DNA of 39,911 nucleotides from a virus: positions 1-39,911 of IMG/VR virus record IMGVR_UViG_3300023082_000005. One strand, written 5' to 3'. Below, one piece after another: positions 8,160 to 15,788 of this stretch; the first letter of the stretch is position 1; each line of letters starts with the position of its first letter. The notes below the pieces were generated by a model. That model did no database searches, was not told where the DNA came from, and saw only the letters and a list, made by a program, of their open reading frames with translations. The translations under genes were made by a program, and so were the position numbers.

Positions 8160-8433
8160 TTACCACCCCTCCAATCATTTCTATAATAACGTAGTTTTGC
8201 TCCTTAAATCCTCCGAATGCATCAAAGAATGACTTAGACATATTAGCCTTATCGGTTATAAACCGAAATTCTAAATTACCATCAGGTAGTTTAAATTCGT
8301 CTTGTTCTTGATGAAATTCGTAACCCATCCTTACGATAAGCTTACGATCTTGGATAAATGCTATGTAAGTATTTTTTAGTACAGGTATAGCTAAATACCT
8401 TCTTTCTTTCTGTTTAAATTCTACAATTTTCAT
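8152..8433 (-). CDS. Hypothetical protein (93 aa), 3rd gene of reverse cassette
   Basis: ORF with an ATGA overlap with the upstream gene. Confidence 0.6.
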   Translation of the reverse strand: MKIVEFKQKERRYLAIPVLKNTYIAFIQDRKLIVRMGYEFHQEQDEFKLPDGNLEFRFITDKANMSKSFFDAFGGFKEQNYVIIEMIGGVVNG

Positions 8434-8639
8434 AATATATTTTTAATCATTTCCTTTGCCAATCCTATCAATTCCTCATCAGTCCTAAGTTTAACCCGTT
8501 CGATCTTAGCCTGAATAATAAATGTTCCGAAATCAATGACAAATTCGGCTTCTGTTGGTTGCGTTTGTTTACCTGCGACTTTATTGCTAAAGTCCATTTC
8601 CTTGGTTACTTTCCAGGATTTTACTTGTGGTTGTTGCAT
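8430..8639 (-). CDS. Hypothetical protein (69 aa), 2nd gene of reverse cassette
   Basis: ORF starting 1 nt after the upstream stop. Confidence 0.6.
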   Translation of the reverse strand: MQQPQVKSWKVTKEMDFSNKVAGKQTQPTEAEFVIDFGTFIIQAKIERVKLRTDEELIGLAKEMIKNIL

Positions 8640-8640
8640 G

Positions 8641-8847
8641 TTACTCCTCCGAGTTTAGTTGAATGATAAAGTCATCTAAGGGTATTTGAAATGAAAAAGT
8701 AATCAATGCCATTCCTTTATATCCTATTGGACTTTCTATTTTAAGGTCAATTTGGCCGGGAATAATGTCACCGTTTGGCATGCAGGCTACTAAGAACCTA
8801 TTTCCGTCTTTTTTTACTTTACAAAATTGTGCTGTTTCTTTTTCCAT
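8641..8847 (-). CDS. Hypothetical protein (68 aa), 1st gene of reverse cassette
   Basis: ORF with a promoter motif 4 nt upstream of its ATG. Confidence 0.6.
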   Translation of the reverse strand: MEKETAQFCKVKKDGNRFLVACMPNGDIIPGQIDLKIESPIGYKGMALITFSFQIPLDDFIIQLNSEE

Positions 8848-8851
8848 ACCC

Positions 8852-8859
8852 CAAATGTA
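8852..8859 (-). promoter_or_regulatory. -7 promoter box TACATTTG (minus strand)
   Basis: Exact TAnnTTTG match 4 nt upstream of ATG 8847. Confidence 0.5.
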
Positions 8860-8904
8860 ACTATATGTATTCTAATGCTTATTGTATTATAGTAACCTTT
8901 TCGT

Positions 8905-8912
8905 TACATTTG
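8905..8912 (+). promoter_or_regulatory. -7 promoter box TACATTTG
   Basis: Exact match 17 nt upstream of ATG 8930. Part of the 16-mer TTACATTTGAAATAAA shared with 3580-3595. Confidence 0.5.
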
Positions 8913-8929
8913 AAATAAAAAATCATACG

Positions 8930-9421
8930 ATGGAAATTATCACCTCAAAGGAGTACCTGATGTACATTGACGATGTAACGCCTACAGCTAATACATTAAG
9001 ACCGGCTACACAGGACAATTACAAACTGGTTGCTTGCTGGACGAGTAACGGATTTTCGCAGACAACTGCCGGAAATGAATTTACAAACAAATGTTCGGGC
9101 GGTAATGCAGAGTCAGCGCCAGGAACTAAATCATCTAGCATGACGGGTTCGGGGCAGGCATTTGGATTAACGGAAGATGAAGAAGAAGCACAAGCAAACT
9201 TCGAAACTATCCTTAACCTGTCTAACGCTGATGATGGTAATGTGCATTTCGTGAAGATTGTTAGACCTGCTGTTGACGGCTTACCCGCTGTATGGCGTGA
9301 AGCTAAAGCCTGGATTTCGGACTACTCTGAAACGGGTGACGATATTGCGCCTTTGACATTTGACGCTACATGGACTGTAACAGGCCGCGTATTTACTTCT
9401 CCATTAGTTGTAACGCCATAG
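8930..9421 (+). CDS. Major tail (tube) protein
   Basis: 163 aa, directly upstream of the chaperone pair and tape measure gene. ATG 8930 is preferred over the TTG at 8882, which would lie upstream of the promoter motif. Confidence 0.65.
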   Translation: MEIITSKEYLMYIDDVTPTANTLRPATQDNYKLVACWTSNGFSQTTAGNEFTNKCSGGNAESAPGTKSSSMTGSGQAFGLTEDEEEAQANFETILNLSNADDGNVHFVKIVRPAVDGLPAVWREAKAWISDYSETGDDIAPLTFDATWTVTGRVFTSPLVVTP

Positions 9422-9422
9422 T

Positions 9423-9782
9423 ATGAACGGAATAGCAGAGGTAACGATTAACGGCACATCATACGCGCTTAAGTTCGGTATGCAAGCTGTTGCAGCACTA
9501 GAGGACAGAACGACTAAAGGAGGCTTGCTCATCACAAGCACTGAAGGTTATTCAAAGTTCTTAAGCGACCTGATGTATTGCGGGATGTATGGTAATTCAA
9601 TCCGAAAGGACATTGCTATTGTGCCGTATGAGGAAGTGATGGATCTATTTGAAGAACTATCGATGCAACCGGATGCTGCAGAACAATATGCCAACATGAC
9701 TAAAGCTTACTTTGCATCTATCGAAGATTTGAGAGCGAAAAAAGAAGCCATTGCCGAGACTGATAAAAAAAAAGCGAAGTAG
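9423..9782 (+). CDS. Tail assembly chaperone (G-like, short product)
   Basis: Positioned between the tail tube and tape measure genes. Ends just after an A9 slippery run. Confidence 0.7.
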   Translation: MNGIAEVTINGTSYALKFGMQAVAALEDRTTKGGLLITSTEGYSKFLSDLMYCGMYGNSIRKDIAIVPYEEVMDLFEELSMQPDAAEQYANMTKAYFASIEDLRAKKEAIAETDKKKAK

Positions 9783-10117
9783 CGCATAAGGCTAACAAAG
9801 CAACGTTAGCCGAACTACTCATGCTCGCGTACGGGGAAATGGGATTGTCACCTTCACAATTGGAGGAATACACCCATGGTCAGTTCTTATTAAAGGCTGA
9901 AGGTTTTCAGAACGCAAAGGATAGGCAGGAAACGATATTTCGCAGGATGACAGGTTTTATTATTGCGCCTCATTTATCTAAGAAAGCGAAATTCAAAATT
10001 GAAACTGAATGGCCGATATTGAGCGACAAGAACAAGAAAGAATACCGTACCGAGGCTATGTTTAGTAAGGACAAAATCAAAACAATGCTGGACTTAATGG
10101 CTAAAGAAAAGAAATAA
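9423..10117 (+). CDS. Tail assembly chaperone, -1 frameshift fusion product (GT-like, about 231 aa)
   Basis: A -1 slip on A_AAA_AAA (9767-9773) enters a frame that is open from 9770 through the 9821..10117 ORF. I translated 9770-9823 and found no stop. Confidence 0.65.
9765..9773 (+). promoter_or_regulatory. Programmed -1 ribosomal frameshift slippery run (A9)
   Basis: GATAAAAAAAAAGCG lies 7 nt before the G-frame stop codon. Confidence 0.65.
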
Positions 10118-12258
10118 TGGCAGATGCTCAATTATCGGTAGAACTCAGGGCGCAGGTTAACCAGTATATTAACGGTATGCGTAATGCTGCCGGTGAAACT
10201 AAGAAAACGGAAAGCACCATAGATAAAGCCTCTAGCACGATTGGGGGTTACATCGCAGGAGCATTCTCTGTAGGTGCAATTATCTCATTTGGCAAGGCTG
10301 TTATCGATGCGACTGCTGAATATCAGAAATTTGGGGCTGTTTTAGGGAATACGCTTGGTAGTTCGGCATTAGCAAACTTAAAGCTGAAGGAACTACAGGA
10401 TTTTGCCGCTAAAACACCTTTTTCAGTCAATGAATTAACAGCTTCCTATGTTAAATTAGCCAATGCAGGGTTCAAACCTACAGGCGAACAGCTCACTAAA
10501 CTTGGGGATTTAGCCTCTAGTACGGGTAAGACATTCGATGAACTTGCTGAAGCCATTTTAGATGCACAGTCTGGTGAATTTGAACGTTTAAAGGAGTTCG
10601 GTATACGCGCTAAGGATGCCGGGGACAAAGTAATATTCACTTACAAGGGTGTTCAGACGCAAGTTGATAAGACTGCGGGTTCAATTCGTGAATACATCAC
10701 GTCATTAGGTGGTGCCGAAGGTGTTTCTGGATCGATGGCGGTCATAAGTGAGACTTTAGGGGGTAAAATATCCAACTTAGGGGATTCCTGGGATCAGATG
10801 TTGATCAGTGTAGGTAAGAATACGAGCGGGGTATTTAGCGAGTCAATAGGCATCATATCCGCTACGATCAATAAGGTTACCGAGTTCAATCGCGAACTGG
10901 AGGTAGCTAGTCAATATAAAATCAATGGCGGTCTAAAAGACTTTTTCGAGACGTTATATAAGTATAGTGCAGGCGGTCTAGCTGGCGGTGCCCAATCGAC
11001 CACAAAAGAGAACCGTATCAGCGCGATTACTAAAACACAGGATGATATTGCGTCATTTGTTTCTCAAGCGATTGCGGGGGCTAAAAGCGCGGCAGATTTC
11101 GGTAAGGCATTAGCAGATTTAAAGGCAAAAGGTGCAGCGGGTAAAGGATTAAAAGGGTTGAAAGGTGATGCTGAAGTCACAAAAGGAGTTGCAGATGCGT
11201 ATGCAGAGGGCGTAAAAGCAATTCAGGATGCCAGGCGTAACTTTAACAAGGAAGCAACGGCAACAGATGGTAATTTCGGTAAAGCTGGAGGTAAAGGGAA
11301 GACGATAAAATCGGTTGCTGATATCCTCAAAGAGCTAGATACTAACTTGCGTGTTACTGAAAACCAATTCGGGGCTACTTTTGACGAGAAAACAGAGGGT
11401 GCGATTAAGAACTACCAGACCGCGATCAATGATTTAGCTAAGAAAGGTACACCGGATGCGATTGCGGCTATTGGTCAGTTAAACGCTGTACTGAAGCAAA
11501 CACAGCAATTAGGTCAAAATATCAGCTTTTCAGGCAGTATTTTAGGCGCTACGACTAACGGAGGCAATGCTTCTTCTTTATACAATTCACAAGGCGGTAA
11601 AGGATCGTCAGGAATTGAGGTAAGCGATCCTACATTAAATGCTTTTAAGAAAAGGGATAAGTTACTCGACAATATACGAGCGTTAAATGCGGACATTAAT
11701 AACGAACTGACTAACGGATTATCTTCTGGCGTAGCTGGATTTGGTCAGGCTATCGGTGATGCGCTGGCAAATGGGGGTAGCGTGATTGAAGCGGTAGGCG
11801 CAAGTCTATTAGGGTCATTTGGTAGTTTACTTACTCAGCTTGGTGAAATCGCAATTAAAGTCGGTATAGGGATGCAGGCGATTAAGATTGCGCTGAAATC
11901 ACTTAACCCTGCTGTTGCAATTGCTGCAGGTATTGGTTTAGTTGCCTTGGGCGCGTTCTTTTCGTCAAAAGCATCATCTGTAGGCGATGGAATCAAAGGG
12001 GGCGCTGCAACAAGCAATGTGACAGCATTTGCAAACGGTGGCATTGTTTCTGGCCCCACATTAGGCTTGATCGGTGAATATCCTGGCGCTAAATCAGATC
12101 CAGAGGTGGTTGCGCCACTAAGCAAGCTAAAAGACATTATTGGTAAAGGCTCTGCGAATAACCCGAATAACAGTACCATGGTGATGGATCATGAAATAGT
12201 GCTAAAAGGTAAAGATTTGGCATTGATTATTAAACGCGCTAACGATTCAAGAACATAA
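10117..12258 (+). CDS. Tape measure protein
   Basis: 713 aa, Ala/Gly/Lys-rich and helical, with hydrophobic C-terminal segments. Canonical position after the chaperone pair. Confidence 0.85.
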   Translation: MADAQLSVELRAQVNQYINGMRNAAGETKKTESTIDKASSTIGGYIAGAFSVGAIISFGKAVIDATAEYQKFGAVLGNTLGSSALANLKLKELQDFAAKTPFSVNELTASYVKLANAGFKPTGEQLTKLGDLASSTGKTFDELAEAILDAQSGEFERLKEFGIRAKDAGDKVIFTYKGVQTQVDKTAGSIREYITSLGGAEGVSGSMAVISETLGGKISNLGDSWDQMLISVGKNTSGVFSESIGIISATINKVTEFNRELEVASQYKINGGLKDFFETLYKYSAGGLAGGAQSTTKENRISAITKTQDDIASFVSQAIAGAKSAADFGKALADLKAKGAAGKGLKGLKGDAEVTKGVADAYAEGVKAIQDARRNFNKEATATDGNFGKAGGKGKTIKSVADILKELDTNLRVTENQFGATFDEKTEGAIKNYQTAINDLAKKGTPDAIAAIGQLNAVLKQTQQLGQNISFSGSILGATTNGGNASSLYNSQGGKGSSGIEVSDPTLNAFKKRDKLLDNIRALNADINNELTNGLSSGVAGFGQAIGDALANGGSVIEAVGASLLGSFGSLLTQLGEIAIKVGIGMQAIKIALKSLNPAVAIAAGIGLVALGAFFSSKASSVGDGIKGGAATSNVTAFANGGIVSGPTLGLIGEYPGAKSDPEVVAPLSKLKDIIGKGSANNPNNSTMVMDHEIVLKGKDLALIIKRANDSRT

Positions 12259-14942
12259 TGGCATTTAAAACAGTATATAGGGGGTCGTTCTGCAATAGAC
12301 AAGGTGGTAATGTTGTTGTTGATTTCTTGCGTAATTTCCCGGACGGAGTAGAGTCATTAGTGACCGAGATCATCTTTGCAGGGGAAAATGACGAACCTGT
12401 TATTATAGAGTACAGCGAGGATGGGGTAAATAAAGATACACCCATCAATAAATCACAATGCACGGTTAACATAAAAGCGGTAGACGGGTTTGAATTATCT
12501 AGCCTTTATACGGAAAATGATAAAGATTGGAAAATAGTCATATCAGGTGCATGGAACTGGTCTGGGTGGATGCTACCGGATAACTCTAGCGAACCTTACG
12601 AGGATGAAGGGTACAATGTATCGGTACAAGCTACGGATGCATTAGGGACACTGGATGATGTGCCATTCCAAAATAGCGATTTGACCAAGATCAAAGGATT
12701 ATATTCTGACTTTGATATATTAAGATTAGCCCTCAATAAAACAGGGTTACCGTTAAACTTATTGATCGGAGTTTCAACCTATGAAACTAAAATGACCGTA
12801 GGCACATGCCCTATGAAACAATCTTTCATACAGTCGCAAACATTTATAGCTGCCGATCAGACTTCATTTAGTTGTTCTGAAGTTATCCGGTCAATATTAG
12901 CACGTTATGGATGCAGATTGTTTCAATTTAATGGTAAATGGCAAATCGTTAATGTATTAGAATATTCACGTGGTACGGTGTACGCTTGGGAGTTCGACAA
13001 TTCAACAGGTAATCAGATTGCAACGTATAGTAATATAGTCAACTCTATAGCTACAGGTGATTTTACAAGGTCAATACGTCCTGTAAATGCTACGGGGTCA
13101 CTCGCACGCGGGTATGGGTCATCAACAGCCTACTATCAATACGGCTACATTACCAATTCATTGATTAACGGTAATATGGACACGTGGTCAAGTAAGCCAA
13201 CCGGTTTACCTGATGGATGGAGTGTAATACAGGATGGAGGCGTAGTTACTGCAGTTGGTGGTATTAGGCAGGTTAATGGAGTGGACACCACGGACTACTT
13301 CATTACGGTTTCTGGAGCTGGGGGCGGTTATGTGAGAAATACCAATGCTACTCAAATCCGCGCTAACGATACCGCTTCATTGTCATTCGTATTTTACGCT
13401 CCTTCAGCACCTCCGGGGGGTTCTGGGAGTGCTTATCTATCGGTACTCATCAGGGATAACGCAGGGCTTTACTATACGAATACAGGCTGGCAAACCGGAT
13501 ATGGTCTATATGTCATCAAATACGTTACAGGAGATACCGACTGGTCAAGTCAGATTAGTGTTAATTTCACGATTAATCCACAATCTGCAGACTATCAAAT
13601 TGTAGAGGTAGGAATATTGCCTTTGGGTACGGTAAGCGGCACACCTACTCATTATGCCACAAGCATAAATGATGTTAACATCAATTCAGGCAAGGATTCT
13701 GCTACCCTACAGGCAATAGGATCTTACAATAAGCAAACCCAAACCTCGGCACAGCAAACCTATTCGCCTGAACCGATATTGATACTGAATAGCGATGATT
13801 ACAGCACACAAAGAACGTCACCTATACTAGTTACCGGACTACCTACTACGGCATGGAAAAGACAAGGCATAACCGAGTCAGTGAGTTTGCTTCATACCAT
13901 TGCCAATACCCAATTAAGATTACATGCGAAGCCTTATAAGGTGTTCGAAGGTGATTTTAAAGGACAAGGTGTATTGAACGTAAATAGCTTAATCACGATT
14001 GACCTTAATCCAGGAAATTTTATATTTATGTCTGGTAAGTTCAACTTAAGAACTGATGTACATACGTTAAGATTTGCCGAAATACTGATCGATGAGCCTA
14101 TATATGTTGAAACGCAGCGCTTAGACTATGGTGACGCTAAGAAAAACGATGGATTAAGTGTTGGTACACCGCAAGGTGTAAGCGATCAGCCAGGAGGGAG
14201 TTATGTTGACTTGACTGGATACGCTAAACTAACAGATGTTGGGGTTGCTGCTACCAATGTTGAAACACAAAACGGAACGGTAACCAATAAATGGGTTTCT
14301 CCATCAACTCTAGCTAATTGGTGGGCGTATGTGAGAGGATTGGCTCAAAATGTTACGGGGGCGTGGAGTTTTTTAAATGTGACTGTTTTTGGTACAGGAG
14401 AAAAAGTGAGTATATACGGGACGGCAACAGAATCAGCTATTGGATTTAATAGAAATGCAGCGTCAGGAGCAATATTTAACACCTCTAACAATGCCTTTCA
14501 GTTATTACACAATTCCGCCGGCACATTAGGCATAACGCTATTTACCAATGCAGGGGCATCGGTAAGCATCCCCTTATCTATTAGCGCCACGGGCATTGTA
14601 TCAAGTCCATCAACACCAGTTGGTGACAATGATTTATTAAGAAAAATAGACCTTATTAATTTTAATCCGTCCTATAAAGAGGTATCTTCAAGTTATGAAA
14701 TACTTCAGTCGGACAGCACTGTTAACATAATATCAGGCACAGTAACCGTTAGATTACCTACCGCTGTAGGCATTACAGGCAGAGTTATGAGGATTAAAAA
14801 TAGCGGCACAGGTACCGTTACTATAGGAACTACAGGCACCGAACTGATAGATGGCACTGCAACAAAAGTTATTAACACTCAATATTCACTTTTTGGACTG
14901 CAAAGCACAGGGACAAAATGGATTATCATAAGTCAGTTGTAA
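12258..14942 (+). CDS. Distal tail / tail fibre (host-specificity) protein
   Basis: 894 aa, directly after the tape measure gene. The C-terminal third has a fibre motif (ETQNGTVTNKWVSPSTLANWW) and a terminal knob-like domain. Confidence 0.55.
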   Translation: MAFKTVYRGSFCNRQGGNVVVDFLRNFPDGVESLVTEIIFAGENDEPVIIEYSEDGVNKDTPINKSQCTVNIKAVDGFELSSLYTENDKDWKIVISGAWNWSGWMLPDNSSEPYEDEGYNVSVQATDALGTLDDVPFQNSDLTKIKGLYSDFDILRLALNKTGLPLNLLIGVSTYETKMTVGTCPMKQSFIQSQTFIAADQTSFSCSEVIRSILARYGCRLFQFNGKWQIVNVLEYSRGTVYAWEFDNSTGNQIATYSNIVNSIATGDFTRSIRPVNATGSLARGYGSSTAYYQYGYITNSLINGNMDTWSSKPTGLPDGWSVIQDGGVVTAVGGIRQVNGVDTTDYFITVSGAGGGYVRNTNATQIRANDTASLSFVFYAPSAPPGGSGSAYLSVLIRDNAGLYYTNTGWQTGYGLYVIKYVTGDTDWSSQISVNFTINPQSADYQIVEVGILPLGTVSGTPTHYATSINDVNINSGKDSATLQAIGSYNKQTQTSAQQTYSPEPILILNSDDYSTQRTSPILVTGLPTTAWKRQGITESVSLLHTIANTQLRLHAKPYKVFEGDFKGQGVLNVNSLITIDLNPGNFIFMSGKFNLRTDVHTLRFAEILIDEPIYVETQRLDYGDAKKNDGLSVGTPQGVSDQPGGSYVDLTGYAKLTDVGVAATNVETQNGTVTNKWVSPSTLANWWAYVRGLAQNVTGAWSFLNVTVFGTGEKVSIYGTATESAIGFNRNAASGAIFNTSNNAFQLLHNSAGTLGITLFTNAGASVSIPLSISATGIVSSPSTPVGDNDLLRKIDLINFNPSYKEVSSSYEILQSDSTVNIISGTVTVRLPTAVGITGRVMRIKNSGTGTVTIGTTGTELIDGTATKVINTQYSLFGLQSTGTKWIIISQL

Positions 14943-14947
14943 AATAT

Positions 14948-15238
14948 ATGAACGTAATACAGTACACAACATCAACGAATGGCAATATAATTGCAAATAA
15001 TACGCAACAGGATTTAATTGTGTTGCATAACGCTACGGCCTTAGCGGCGGTTCTAACATTCACGCTGCCTACCATACCTGTTAACGGTCAAATAGTCACT
15101 TTTTCTACTAAAAATGGGGTTACATTATTTACTTTGGCTGGCGGTACGTTAATCACCACTATAAGTACACTGCTTAGTGGTAGTTATGTAACATGGGTAT
15201 ATTCGCTAGATGCAAGTTCTTGGTTTAGGATAAGGTAA
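14948..15238 (+). CDS. Small protein (96 aa) related to the C-terminal knob of the 894-aa fibre
   Basis: LTFTLPTIPVNGQIVTFSTKNGVTLFTLAGGTLI...W aligns with VTVRLPTAVGITGRVMRIKNSGTGTVTIGTTGTELI...W. ATG at 14948. Confidence 0.5.
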   Translation: MNVIQYTTSTNGNIIANNTQQDLIVLHNATALAAVLTFTLPTIPVNGQIVTFSTKNGVTLFTLAGGTLITTISTLLSGSYVTWVYSLDASSWFRIR

Positions 15239-15245
15239 ATTTAAC

Positions 15246-15253
15246 TATATTTG
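15246..15253 (+). promoter_or_regulatory. -7 promoter box TATATTTG
   Basis: Exact match 4 nt upstream of ATG 15258. Confidence 0.45.
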
Positions 15254-15257
15254 AAGT

Positions 15258-15788
15258 ATGATCAATGGCCGTTTTTATGGGATATTTATAGATGATGTAA
15301 CACCTAGATCAGCGGGCAAGGGTGCAAATTACCGGATGGTGGCTTGTGCTACTGAAAACGGATTCAGTGCCTCTGCTGATGGAGTAAGTTACAACAATAA
15401 GTCTGATGACGGCTTTGATCAATCCTACACAGGCAGAATTAGCACTTCATTTTCTCTGTCAGGTCAAGCTGTAGGGCTTAGAACGTCAGAAAAACTAACA
15501 CAGGTTAACTTTAACGAGTTGCTTACACTTATGCTTAATAAACGGGAGTTCTGGATTAAAATGTATGACCCTGTTGACGAAACAATCATAAGAGAAACAT
15601 GGTGCCGGATTGGTAGTTACGACGAATCAGCACCATTAGAGGGTGTTTACACTTTTAACGCCTCATTTGTGGGTGTAGGAAAGCCGGTAAGCGTTGGTGA
15701 TTACATTATCAAGCGGTTGAGAGCTACAGATAATAGCGGGGAAGAATTAAGACAAGATGGTAAAAATAACATTTTAGAAGTAAGATAA
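15258..15788 (+). CDS. Major-tail-protein paralogue (176 aa)
   Basis: Collinear similarity to 8930..9421: IDDVTP, NY(K/R)(L/M)VAC, NGFS, SGQA(F/V)GL, NF(E/N)..L.L and a similar C-terminal block. Confidence 0.6.
   Translation: MINGRFYGIFIDDVTPRSAGKGANYRMVACATENGFSASADGVSYNNKSDDGFDQSYTGRISTSFSLSGQAVGLRTSEKLTQVNFNELLTLMLNKREFWIKMYDPVDETIIRETWCRIGSYDESAPLEGVYTFNASFVGVGKPVSVGDYIIKRLRATDNSGEELRQDGKNNILEVR

Noticed and set aside
8882-8929. The TTG-initiated 5' extension of the major tail protein ORF, and similarly the TTG at 3539 for the Cys-rich gene.
   Set aside because: The extension would begin upstream of, or on top of, the promoter motif. ATG codons at 8930 and 3533 fit the promoter spacing.
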